Source: Gekko japonicus (lineage: Eukaryota). Taken from it: a DNA stretch of 64,000 nt. Position numbers and translations under genes: made by a program. Below, one piece after another: positions 1-11,620 of this stretch (within the stretch, counting starts at the first letter, position 1; the number at the start of each line of letters is the position of its first letter). The notes under the pieces were generated by a model, which saw only the letters and a program-made list of their open reading frames with translations, was not told the origin of the DNA and searched no databases. The stretch is taken from contig NW_015177076.1 of the NCBI RefSeq assembly GCF_001447785.1, positions 109,509-173,508 on the forward strand, given 5' to 3'.

Positions 1-327
1 AAAGGGCAAGATGACTGCCTTCATACGGTAGTATGCCTGAGTCGCAAGCTATTGCCCAGAGAACAGAAATACAGTGTTATTGAGCAGGAAGCTTTGGGAG
101 TGGTATGGGGGCTAAATAAGCTGAAGACATATCTGAGGGGGGTACACTTTCAGTTGGAGACAGATCATAGCCCATTGGTCTTCGTCCACAAGATGAAAGA
201 AACTAACGCCAGGATTCTGAGATGGGCGCTGTCCCTACAAGATTTCTCATTTGAGGTCAAACATATCAGGGGAAAAGAAAATGTATTAGCTGACTCCCTC
301 TCAAGGTGCTTTACTGAAGCGGAGTAA
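1..327 (+). mobile_element. Ty3/Gypsy pol C-terminus (RNase H domain), runs in from left edge
   Basis: ORF 52..327 has RT-RNase H motifs YSVIEQEALGVVW, ETDHSPL, RILRWALSLQDF and GKENVLADSLSR, then a stop. Confidence 0.9.
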
Positions 328-452
328 AATGTTAAGCCAACGCCTAGTAAATAAGATGGGGAATAACAGGGATTGGCTTGAATTTATGTCTTCCTTTTTT
401 CTCTCTCGCAGAAAGTGAGATGGAGGTACACTCTCTTTCTGCGTGGGGGGGG

Positions 453-932
453 TGTAAGGAAGACACCAACCTGTCGGTAACACAGCAACTTAGTAGAACT
501 GAAGGACGGCAGAAGGGGGAGGATCAACCTTGCAAGTCTTTACAGGAACTGGCCGGTGCCTGGCAAGAGCTGCACAGCTGAGATCTTTTAACTAACAGCT
601 GCACTGGAGATAGGGAGGGGCAGTGTCTTAACAGGTCCTTCCAAAGATAAAATAGCAAGAGTTGTGGGGGAGAGGATAACGCGCGTTTGGTGGGCAGGAT
701 GTTTTCCTACCTTGTGGAGTTATTGTAAGTTCCAGTTTATTTTAATTACTTTTTTGTATTTTGGCAACCCCCGGAAGGACGTTTTCTTTGTCCTCAAAGC
801 ATTGTTAATTGAGGTTGCCTTTCTTGTTCTTTCGATAATAAAAGCTTTTTTGCCTGAATTGCCAAGCCTGATTGTGGAGCCTGAAGTATCCTGATAGAGA
901 ACCCGAAGCCTGTGTCATACAGCTTTGTAACA
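453..932 (+). mobile_element. 3' LTR of the Gypsy (Gmr1-like) element
   Basis: G-rich PPT (445-452) directly followed by TGTAA; AATAAA near 839; ends ...GTAACA at 932; right boundary inferred. Confidence 0.65.
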
Positions 933-2484
933 GGCAGCTTCTGCCCTGCACCAGGGGTGGTCTTTTCCGAGAAAGGGACACCCAAAACAACTTCTGAATC
1001 TCCACAAGCAGTGCCCTGATGAAGCCAGGCTTGGCTTAAACAGCGGCTTTTGCTGGGAGACTAAGAAAATCTCATTTTGGACTTGAATGCAGGCCAAGTG
1101 AGAAACAGGGCCAACAGTGCTGCAAACAGGGCCACTAGCATCCTCCATGCAAGCAGGGCCCCCCCTTCTCCTATAAGTCCATAAGGACTAGAATGGACAA
1201 ATCTCTGCTCTTGCCTCAGGCACCTTCTACTGACCAAGTGGTCAGTCTTTTGTCTGTCAAATGTACAGGCAGGCATAGAAAAAGAGCCTCTGGTCTGTGA
1301 ATAGGTCATGAATGGAGTATGCTGCATGTTTCCTGCCCCAAATTCTGTCACACCTGTATGTCAGAAAATACCTTCCCCGTTATCCTCTCATTCCTGTTCC
1401 CATATCTTTGTCTAAAATATCTGCATCCCTCATACCTATGCCAGACCCATCAAGGTAAACATTAACTTTTCATGTCTAGTGAATGGTCACCCATTCAGGT
1501 TCATCCCGTTGCACATTAAGAAACATCACCTCCTTTTGTCTGGCACCTGGGAAACGCCAGTCCACGCTATTGTTCCATAACGGGAATCCCATCAATCCAC
1601 TGTGAAACTAGCCACTACACTTCAGCATACCCTCAGGATACATTTTGGGATATAAATATACCCAGTCCCACTCAGGCATGGTGTGATTGAGCTGGGCGTG
1701 CACAAAACTATCACCCCTGATCATAACTCAGGTCCTCCAATGGTCTCGCTGGTTGGGTCTACACACCTCTCTACAACCTCTGGACTGCATCACCTCTTCA
1801 GGATAGGTATATCATTACCCCGATCCATCCTCTCTATTTGTCAGCTAACTCCTTTTGCTTCTCCTTGTATGCTTGCAATCCTTGATTTGAATGTAAATAT
1901 CTAAAATTATTTTTCTTAATAAAACTCCTTTCATTCACAATTTGGACTGGTTATTGACTCAGCCAAGGGTCTAAAGGGACTATCTCCGTAAACATAGATA
2001 GCGAGGTCTCGCTATTACCTCACCTCTCCCTAGCTCTGCCTTTGAAGCTAACTTCCCAAACTGAACGAGAGGCAAGAATATTGCTTAATAAAGCTGGTAG
2101 GGGTAACAGAAGCTGGGCTAGCCTGGGCTACCCAGGTCAGAGTGGCATATTCCTTAGAAATTTTAAAATAAGGCTTCTGTGCTCTAGTCAAACTGTGTTG
2201 CATGCCATAGATTACAAGCAATGTCTGAGTATTGCAAGCCAGTCTCCAACAGTGCCAGACCCAAACGAGTGAAACCTTTCTAAACTGATTTAAGTCAATA
2301 CATTTAGAAGGGTATAACTCTGCTTAGGGTGGAACAGTAAAATACCCAAGTGGTTTGCACAGGTAACCAACTGATGGCTGGCTCATGTTGAGAGATTCAA
2401 GGGCATACTATTTTGACACAAGAAACCTTTGGGCCATAGCATAAATGGACGTTCAGATTTAGAAAAAGAAAGCAACCAAGATAC

Positions 2485-3396
2485 CTTTTTTTGTCTTAAC
2501 TGAGCTGAAAGCTGGTTGTGAAGGACTTTGGAATCCAGAATTTCTGCCCTTTGTGAAGGGGCACTTCCTTGTGAGATGGAAGGTGACTTCTTCTGACTGC
2601 AATCTTTTCCATGCAAGGAATCCACTACCAGTCCAACAGGCGATTTGGAGGGCACATACCTATTGTGCTCATCACCACTAGTATTTTTATTGGTACCCAG
2701 TTTTTCTTCTGGAGTCATTCCCCCGTGTAACAGTGGGTTTTCTCTAGGAGGCACTACAGGCAAGCCTGTACATTCGCAAATGGTTACTAGTCCTCTGGGC
2801 GTCACAGTTGTCTTTTCACTTCCCCCATCGCCATGCATCTTCTCCCTTACCCCTTGGTCTATGCAGGATTCTGATCCTCCCTTTCCAAGCTGCTCCTCAT
2901 TAAGGGGCTTTTTGCTTGATGTCTGGCTACTGCAGCTTGTTTCTTGTTTCTGCAAATCATCTTCAGCAGTTCTCATAGATGAACTCTGCCTTACATGTCC
3001 AGAAGGTACCTCAGCTTTTTTGCTAGAACAACTTTTTTGTGTATTCAAAAGTACAGTTTCTTGACGGTCAGTTGTCAGGTCACTCAATTTAGTTTGGCCT
3101 TCTTTTTCTCCGCTGGATGATCTACCACTTTTATCTCCAAACTTAATCTTACTTTCTTTTGGCAGTTCTTTTTCAACATATTCCAATGGTGATTTCTGTT
3201 GATGCTTTTTATCAGAGTCCAATGTCTCTCTCTCATCCTTTTCTTCTGAATTTTTGTCCTCATAGTTATCAATTTGTTTCAAAGACAATGGTTGTTGATT
3301 CTTGCCTGACACTTTGAAGGGGTTTCTTTGATTAATGGGTAAGTCCAACATGTGCTGAGACTGTGGTTTACTTGACAATCTGGTGGGTTCTGAATC
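2485..3396 (-). CDS. TTF2: Transcription termination factor 2, coding exon 5 (large low-complexity exon); later exons are outside the window
   Basis: 912 nt in frame; tag|GAT acceptor and AAG|gtatc donor; contains RNPFKV..KNQQP and QLRQKK as in TTF2. Confidence 0.88.
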
Positions 3397-3569
3397 CTAC
3401 AAAAAATTCAGATCAAACTCAGAATAACACCAGACACCATGAATACTAAGACTGTGCATTCTTAGTGCCTCTGCAGAATTGTTGCACTGAAATTGATACA
3501 GAGAATAAAAATTGACCTCCTGAGGACCTTTATGTTTATTATTAACAAATGAAGGTTGTAACCATGAGA

Positions 3570-3839
3570 CAGGCTTCCCAAGTACTTACCGTGATTCAGC
3601 GGGGGACACAGACGTCCTTGCAGGATCATTCCTGCGGGGACAACAGACGCGCCGTACCATGCCGTCACCAGGAAGTGACGCTGGGCGACGCTCCGGCAAT
3701 GGGCCTGGAAACACGATGGTACCATCAAGTTTTCAGTCCCATTGCCAGAGCGTCGCCCAGCATCACTTCCTGGCGATGACATGGTGTGTTACAGGGAGGA
3801 ATGGTCTGGCCGGATCACGGTAAGTACTTGGAAACCCGG
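3570..3839. mobile_element. hAT-type (Blackjack-like) palindromic MITE
   Basis: TIRs include a perfect 18-bp CCAAGTACTTACCGTGAT; 8-bp TSD ccatgaga/gcatgaga; internal hairpin centred on GATGGTACCATC. Confidence 0.75.
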
Positions 3840-3847
3840 GCATGAGA

Positions 3848-4202
3848 ACATGTTTAGTCTGGAGAAGAGGAGGTTGAGGGGGGATATGATTGCTCTCTTT
3901 AAGTTTCTGAAGGGTTGTCACCTGGAGGAGGGCAGGGAGCTGTTCCTGTTGGCAGCTGAGGATAAGACTCACAATAATGAGTTTAAATTAAGGGCAGCTG
4001 AATATTAGGAAAAACGTTTTTACAGTAAGAGTTGTGCAACTGTGGAATCAGCTGCCAAGGGAGGTGGTGAGCTCCCCCTCACCGGCAGTCTTTAAGCAGC
4101 GGCTGGACAAACACTTGTCAGGGATGCTCTAGGCTGATCCTGCACTGAGCAGGGGGTTGGACTAGATGGCCTGTATGGCCCTTCCCAGCTGTGATTCTAT
4201 GA
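3848..4202 (+). mobile_element. CR1 LINE 3' fragment
   Basis: FSLEKRRLRGDMIALFKFLKG RT C-terminal motif plus CR1 3' UTR ending ...GTGATTCTATGA. Confidence 0.85.
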
Positions 4203-4319
4203 GCATAATAGTGTCTATAGCAGAAACTATACAAAGAACTGGATCAGGCTTTACTGCCCTATTCAGTTTGCTTCCTCCCACAAATATTTTTTTCTTTACT
4301 GCCCACCATATATAAGGCC

Positions 4320-4490
4320 AGCTAGATTTCAGTCCAGTACCAACTTAGGGACCAACAAGATTTTGGGGGGGTATGAGCTTTGACTCTCAAAAGCTCACAC
4401 CTGGCAAAAGTTTTGTGGTATCTAACATGTGATTGGACTGGAATCTAGCTGTTCTACTGCAGACGAACACCACTACTCTCTGAAACAGTA
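4320..4490. mobile_element. Penelope-derived foldback element (central ribozyme region deleted)
   Basis: Inverted arms ctagatttcagtccagt.../...ggactggaatctag; similar to 10345-10545 and 11462-11620. Confidence 0.55.
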
Positions 4491-5109
4491 TCTAAGGCCG
4501 ATACCCTTCTCCTAACTTCCTTTCTCGTCATCTTGTGTCACCTCAAATGCTTGCCGAAAGATCCCAAACTGCTCAAAAACTTTAATCCAGAATACGTTAT
4601 GCATACCAAACACATGCACATTTAAATATGTTAAATGCATTTACTCTTCACTGTAACAGAGTCCATTTCCTCTCATTCCACATGTCTAACAAACCTAAAT
4701 CAAGCTTGATATTCCCTAGACCTAAACTTTTTTCATGCTTTTTGGAAGTTGTTGTAAACCTGAAATAAGTACAGCCTGATTCCAAGCATGCTTACTCAGA
4801 AGTAAGACCCACTATGCTCATCAAGGTTTCGTCTCAAGTAAGAGGGCACAGGATTGTGGCCTTATGCTGCATTCAGTCCTCAGAAAAAGATGCAAATGGT
4901 CTGCAACTGGGCATGAACACAGGTCATTTGCTCTTCTTGCCTACTCCCCTGACATCATATGGCAGGGGTGTCAAACATGCAGCCCATGGACCAGATCAGG
5001 CCCACGGAGGGCTCCAATCAGGCCCACAAGGCCCTGGCTGTTTCCTACTTCCATTTGCAGTTCTGCTGCCACCACCATGTTACAGCTTGCTTTACCAGTC
5101 TCTCTCACT

Positions 5110-5397
5110 GAGAGCCAGTTTGGTGTAGTGGTTAAGTGTGCGGACTCTAATCTGGGAGAACCGGGTTTGATTCCCCACTCCTCCACTTGCACCTGCTGAT
5201 GTGACCTTGGGTCAGTCACAAGCTCTGGCACAGCTGTCCTTGAAAAACAGCAGTTTGTGTCTGAGTTCTCTCAGCCCCACCCACCTCACAGGGTGTTTGT
5301 TGTGGGGAGGGGAAGGGAAAGGAGTTTGTAAGCCGCTCTGAGACACCTTTGGGTAGTGAAGGGCGGGGTATAAATCCAATCTCTTCTCTTCTTCTTC
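5110..5397 (+). mobile_element. tRNA-derived Squam3-like SINE
   Basis: Box A TGGTGTAGTGG, box B GGTTTGATTCCC, (CTT)n tail; many near-identical copies in the window. Confidence 0.85.
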
Positions 5398-5697
5398 AAT
5401 CCCACAGGAGAGATCGATAGGCAAGGCTCTCCTGTGTGACTGAGAGTCTGGTAAAGAACTGGCTGAGACTCCTCCCCCTCCTCCTCCCAGAGGGAGGGAG
5501 GGAGGGAACAGCCAGAGCTCACTTCCTAGCCAGGCTGCAGGAGTCAAAGGGCGGCCTTTCTTTCCTTCAACTGGCTGAGGCTCCTCCCTGAAGGGAGGGA
5601 GAGAATAAGGGAGAGTTTGCTTTGCTGGGCTGCCTCAATCACAGGGAGAAATACCAAGCACATTTAAGACCAACAAAGTTTTGTTCAAGGTATGAGC

Positions 5698-5855
5698 NNN
5701 NNNNNNNNNNNNNNNNNNNNNNNNNNNNNNNNNNNNNNNNNNNNNNNNNNNNNNNNNNNNNNNNNNNNNNNNNNNNNNNNNNNNNNNNNNNNNNNNNNNN
5801 NNNNNNNNNNNNNNNNNNNNNNNNNNNNNNNNNNNNNNNNNNNNNNNNNNNNNNN
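5698..5855. other. Assembly gap (N run)
   Basis: Run of n; other gaps at 21814-21839 and 29585-29717, all inside repeats. Confidence 1.
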
Positions 5856-6615
5856 TTTCCCCTGGATCCTAGGCTAGGAACACCGAGCATGAGATTTCTG
5901 TAAAAAATGTCAATAAATCAAAAGTAGGTTTGCAGCTTACAGATACACACCTGAACAGCATACTCAATATTGCTACAGCACAGACATTCTAATGCAATAA
6001 TTCAAAGCAGAGGTGTCAGTTATCAGAGTGCAAGAGTGCTAGTGTTTTAAGCATGTTTTATTTAAAGTTTTAAAAATCTTTAATTGCGTTTGTCTGCATC
6101 CTTTATAAAGTTTATATCTCCGCTACCTGGCATTACATTTTATGACACACATGGCCCGGCCCAACAAGGTCCCATTTATGTCAGATCCAGCCCTCATAAC
6201 AAATGAGTTCGACACCCCTGCTCTATGGTTTGCTCAAGCTCCAGTTTGCTATCAGGTCCAAATACAGGCATCTGAGCAAAGAGGAGCTTGTTCCCTCCCA
6301 TCCTCAAACTGATAGTCTAAAGTGATACTTAACTGAGATTTAGAATTCCAGCTAGTGGGGGGAGGGGAGGTTTAAATTTGCCACGGTACCTGTCATGGCA
6401 AACTGGAGCTTGATCAAACAAGGAAGTTATCAATCAAGCTATATAGGTCAAGGAAGAGGCAAGTGGGAAGAGTGAAGAGAGCAGAGGATATGGCAATAAG
6501 CCAAGTTCAGCTGCGTACAGAAAACAGTTAACTGATCAGTGTGCACAACTGCATTCCAAAAATGTTAACGCCTCACACTGCTGGAAACAAAAAAGCAGGA
6601 ATAAGGTATAAGTAC

Positions 6616-6682
6616 CTGCCATGGAACACTTCCACACCACTTCTTCCCTTCCTTTTTACATTGAGCACATCGATAGAACAGT
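6616..6682 (-). CDS. TTF2: TTF2 coding exon 4
   Basis: 67 nt, [22 protein letters not shown], cag|...|gtact. Confidence 0.92.
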
Positions 6683-6797
6683 CTGGTGAATAACAAAAGA
6701 AAGCATGTAACATCAAGCAGGGTCTTTCATACTTTGGACCACCCCAACCTACGCCATGAGAACATCAAAAACGTCAAGTGTTCTTTGGAAAATATAC

Positions 6798-6884
6798 CGA
6801 TACTGGTCTGTCCCCTGCTGCTGGATCAGAACTTGCAGGTCCACCACATACTCTTCATGCATCAAGCAGTGAGAAGGACAAAGT
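6798..6884 (-). CDS. TTF2: TTF2 coding exon 3
   Basis: 87 nt, LCPSHCLMHEEYVVDLQVLIQQQGTDQYR, AG/GT sites, phase 2-2. Confidence 0.92.
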
Positions 6885-8182
6885 CTGAGGGAAGAAAATA
6901 TATTCACATTAAGTAAAGTTTACAGAAGGGATAGATAAGGTTCTTTGAAAGATCTTCAGCCAATGTTCCAAAAGATTATTTTATGTCCTGCTACTCTTCC
7001 ATATGATATAAAACCTATGAGGGAGCAACACCTGCCGATGTAAAGGAATTGGAGCCTTCATTCTAAAGTAGGTATCTACTGCCCAACATATTATTAGAAG
7101 GCTCTTGTGTTTTATGACCCAGATCCTGAAAGGTGCCAGAAGATATTGCATCATTTAGTTTGCAAGCCAGAAGGTGCCAGAAGATTTTGCATCATTTAGT
7201 TTGCAAGCCAAATATTCCACATCAGGTCTGTTAATTGGTACACTTACATTTTTTTTTCTTTTTCAAATGTTAATATTGTCCTACTGTTAGCTTCCAGATA
7301 ATGGAGTATAACCTATTAAAGTTGCTTTATGCATTACAGGAAAAGCAGATAATCTTTCAAACACTTAGCATGGAATGTGTAACATGTGATACTACTCTTC
7401 TTTTTCTCAATGAGTATACCATGAACCTGTTAATAAACAACCTGATTATAGGAGATGCTTTTTAGTATAAAGACAGCACTGTGATCCAGCATTAATGTCA
7501 CCTTAAAAATGCAAAGGAGGACAGTATATGTAAAGGTATTAAGAAAGTATTTGCAGTTTCCCCTTATTGTTCTTCATTCAAAACTGTATGCAGTCATAGA
7601 TGTGCAGATCCATAGAGATGGATAAATATTTCTGAGCACATCATCTATACTGTTGTTTTTAAAAAGAAATCATGTCAAATCCAATCTGCAGAGTATGGTA
7701 TTGAGAAAAAGATGTAGTGTTGCTTACTAGTAACCATAGCAACAAGCTTTTAAACAAGGCAGAGCTCTGCACACATAGCTGTAAGGCTACAGGCACAATT
7801 CAGCATAAGGTTGTCCTACACAAGCCCCATTCGAACAATTGAAGCAGTGGAAGAACTTCCTGTTAGACTGTGTCTCAGAAAGGTTTGGCTGGTTCACCCG
7901 CTTGCCTAGATGCAAGGATATCTGCATCCATCCATCTGCATCAACACACACAATTAAGGCCACAGGAAGAGCATATGTATCACATAACAGGGTAGATATC
8001 ACCAAAGAACTTAAGTAAATGAGCCAATCCATGTCTTATACAGGCACATACTTCATCTAAAACCAATAATTACAAATTATAAACTTTCCCACTTGGTCTC
8101 AAGTATGGAGGGAAGGAAGGAGTCAAAACGTGTGCAGAGCAAACCCCCTAGGCTAAATCATCTCCAAATGAAAAGTTATTAG

Positions 8183-8603
8183 GGCCCCGGTCACACGAAC
8201 AGGATAATCCGCAGGGGACGGGAGGCTTTTTGAGCCAGAGCAAAAAGACGAGCGGTAGCGTGATCTCACCTTCACCCGAGGCTCCGTGCCCAAGCCTCCG
8301 GCAGCCGATCACACCACGCAAGGTGACACAGCAACAAGGCGTTTGTGCACATGCGTGTGATGCCAACGGGCGCTGGCCGCAACGAGCTACCACCGCTTCC
8401 TGATCAGATGCCCGCATGCGCCGTGCATTATCGGGAAACTAGTATATGGTTCCCAGTAGCTTTTAAATCCGCATCTTCGGGCCGAAGCTGCGGGTTAAAG
8501 ACGGGAGTGCAACGTTTCCCAGTTGTTCAGGTATGATCGCACAGCTTTAATCCACAGGCAAGCTGTCCCTCCCGCAGGGCAAATTTGCCCTGTGAATGGA
8601 GCC
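8183..8603. mobile_element. PIF/Harbinger-like CpG-rich MITE
   Basis: Imperfect TIRs GGCCCCGGTCACACG / CCTGTGAATGGAGCC; related termini at 30369, 35633 and 47257. Confidence 0.55.
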
Positions 8604-8859
8604 TTGGGCCCAAGGCTACCCAATAACTTAAATTAATAACTGTCTGAATACAAGCTACCACATTTTGATTCTGAACAAGCTGTGGAATGTTATGTGCTTA
8701 AGGTTCTTCCTGAAGAATAAGCTGTAGAATGTTATGTGCTTAAGGTTCTTCCTGAACAAGCACAAAGAGCACAAGTTTAATTAAAAATTAACTTAAGTGG
8801 TAACTCCCAAAGCATAGTTTTTCAGACAATCATCAAGAATGTAAGAATGTTCAACATAC

Positions 8860-8971
8860 TGGGTGGGGAGGACAAATCCACAAGGTGGCTGGCCTTGGAC
8901 TCCACACACATAAAAGCTTTTGTTTTTGTTTGGGCCGTCCTTGATGCCAGTCTTTAAAAAGCAGGGAAACC
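8860..8971 (-). CDS. TTF2: TTF2 coding exon 2 (GRF-type zinc finger)
   Basis: 112 nt, GFPCFLKTGIKDGPNKNKSFYVC..CGFV matches the TTF2 N-terminus. Confidence 0.93.
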
Positions 8972-9599
8972 CTGAGAAGGACAAAGAAACAACAAGAGAG
9001 GTTAAGAAAGGAGCCACAGAAGATGCATAGAGGCAGCCTAAGTCAAACCCACTGTGGTTGTACAATAAAAACATTTTGGTTCTACCTCACATATGTAATG
9101 ATTTTTTTTTAAAAAAAATATTTCGAACATTCAGCTTTCCTTCTCTTGATACAACAAACCATTTCATCAAGCCACTTTGCCTCTGGGACACTGAAAAGGT
9201 CTGCAGCCCCGTGGGGGAAGGTGCAGACAACGCTTCAGCTGGGCACATACACTGCAGTGAAACTCACCTGTAGCAAAGAAGCAGTGACCTGGTACTGCCC
9301 TCGGGCATTTCTTCTGCCACACAGGTGGCCAGATGCCCCCTTTCTTGACATAAGCCTCTACAAGACACAGACTGTAACCAGCCTCCTACCCAGAACGCTC
9401 AAGAAGAAAACTTGCTTCTGCCACATTCAGTGCTCTAGGAATGGATTCAAAGGAACTGAGATAACTTAACACCTACCAAGCACTTCGGTATTCGAACTTC
9501 ATACAGAAGATTATTTTCATTACTTTTTAATACAGTTAAGCATACGGGCTCTCTGCCTTGAGATTCTGGTTTTTCTACAGGGATTCCTCCCCACCCACC

Positions 9600-10220
9600 C
9601 CCGGATTTCTAGCCACAGATCCGCCGTGGAAATCAGAGGGCGCGCAGAGCTCGGGGACCGTTCGGAACTGCAAGCCAGCCGCCTTCCTTCGCTCCGCACG
9701 TGCCACCCGGTCCCAGCTGCCGCGGCCCACTCCTCACCATGCGCCGCGCACAACACCTTCTCCATTGCTTGTTCAGTCGCACAGTCGAGGGCCACAAATA
9801 TCACACTCTTTACACCGGCTTCTCAGCACAGCGCATCTCCGACAACTATAAAGGAAGGACGAGGAGCCCAAAGACGCCGCCGAAGAGGCTCCCCAAACCT
9901 GCCAATCGCGCTGCTTTCCCCGCCCACTGGAATCCTTGTAGCCTATCAAAACAAGAGAGCTGGAAGAAAAGGAAGTTAAGGAAACGCCCCCCCCCCCCCC
10001 CAAATTAAAACCTAAACGGTCCGTCCTCACGTACTTGTCTTCTGCCCAATCGACGAGAGCAGAGGCGAGAGGCAAAGCCATTGGTTGATCGGCAAGGATA
10101 GCCGTCCTTTCCGTGACTCGAGGCGTTAGGCGAGTGAACGAGGCTTTTTCAGGTTGTGGGTCGCTCTGGTAGTGCGGCGCTGCGGAAACGAAGACAGGAA
10201 AACTTGAGTCGCCCGGTCTT
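9600..10220 (-). promoter_or_regulatory. TTF2 CpG island/promoter with CCAAT boxes
   Basis: High CpG density around the first coding exon; CCAAT/ATTGG at about 9902, 10046 and 10080. Confidence 0.7.
9738..9765 (-). CDS. TTF2: TTF2 coding exon 1 (start codon)
   Basis: ATG at 9765, MEKVLCAAH-G, donor G|gtgag; phase matches exon 2. Confidence 0.88.
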
Positions 10221-10344
10221 TATTTCCTGTAATGAGAAATGCTGGACCTTCATCTCTTCTTCTTCTTCATACAATAAAACACCCACAGAAAGCAGCCGCA
10301 CTGTGACAGCAATGAAAGATAACTGTGTCGGTTTATCTAACTGA

Positions 10345-10545
10345 AGAACAAAGTTTGAGCCCAGTGGCACCTTTAAGACCACCAACAGTTTAAGGTGTAA
10401 GCTTTCGTGTGCAAGCACACTTCTTGTGCCTGAGGAAGTGTGCATGCACATGAAAGCTCATACCTTGAATAAAACTTTGTTGGTCTTAAAGGTGCCACTG
10501 GACTCGAACTTTGTTCTACTGCTTCAGACCAACATGACTTACCCA
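10345..10545. mobile_element. Penelope-derived foldback element with minimal hammerhead-like core
   Basis: Inverted arms (..ccagtggcacctttaagacca../..tggtcttaaaggtgccactgg..); CTGAGGA-stem-GAAAGCTC at 10430-10459. Confidence 0.65.
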
Positions 10546-11461
10546 CCTGGTTGTGTGTCCTATCATACGTCCCCCTATCCAGAGTGCTGTGCCCTACAAC
10601 AACTGTTTCCTGGTTCACAGAGTTTTGTCAAGAGAGAATCAACTGGCCCAAGGTGAACAACACTAACCACTTCAAAACAGGAGTCTTGAAGGTGCCACGG
10701 GACTCCTGTTTGAAGTGGTTACTGTTGCTCACCTTGGGCTAGTCAATAGGGTTTTCCCCTCAATAGCCAAAAGTGTTTATAGCCCGAGTATCTAGCTTTC
10801 ATTTGGTCACTTTAGTCATTAATTTCAAGCATGGGAGAAGGGAACTAGTTGGGTTCGTTGAGGATTACCTTTGCTAGCTTCTTGGGATGTACAGAAACAG
10901 TCTGGGAAACACTTTAGTCAATGGAATGCTTCCAGCAGTCATCCAGTCCTTGACACTTGCTGTGATGGCTGGAACCATTCCCTATTCTAAATACAGAGCT
11001 GAAATATAAACTTAAGGCTGCTAGTACTGTGCTGAGAGGGACAGGAATCATGACTGAATAGCTCTTGGCCTATCATGGTATGCTAAACACTATGACATAT
11101 TAGCAAGAAGTTTGACAATAAGACCATAAAAGTCAAGGTTCTGCTCGCTTTACGTAAACATCACACTCTTTGTGAGCAAAAGCAGGTTCCTGTTTGCTTG
11201 GCCGTAATTCCAGCTCCTTCCCTGAGTGATGAGGCCAGCACAGAGGTACAGGAGATGGTGCAATCTTCTTTCACAAGACTCATTAATGGCAACCAGTGGG
11301 GACACTAATACAATTTAGTAAGTGGACCTGCTATGTAAAACAGGCCAAGTATTTTTAAAAATCTATTAGTAGGAAATTTGGTTACCTGGTGATCATGTAT
11401 ATTAACCGAAGAAGTCTGTGAAATTTTTTAAAATGAGGTTTTACTAACACACAATAATTGC

Positions 11462-11620
11462 TAGACTTGAGTCCTGTAGTACCTTAGAAACCAATAAGAT
11501 TTTCAGGGTATAAGCTTTCAAGAGTCAAAGCTCATACCCCAAAACTTTTGTTGGACTTTAAGGTGCTGCTGGACTCAAATCTAGCTGTTCTAATGCAGAC
11601 CAAGACAGCTACCCACTGAT
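11462..11620. mobile_element. Penelope-derived foldback element
   Basis: Same inverted-arm structure as 4320 and 10345. Confidence 0.55.

Larger units (their letters stand above)
4963..6220. mobile_element. hAT-Charlie-like non-autonomous DNA transposon with nested SINE and assembly gap
   Basis: TIRs CAGGGGTGTCAAAC / GTTCGACACCCCTG; partial 8-bp TSD (..tatgg). Confidence 0.7.

Noticed and set aside
1359-1995. Possible solo LTR (TGTCAG start, TATAAA near 1651, AATAAA near 1918)
   Set aside because: No matching terminal inverted repeat or TSD could be identified, so boundaries are unsupported.
2645-3064. 139-aa plus-strand ORF
   Set aside because: Antisense shadow of TTF2 exon 5.
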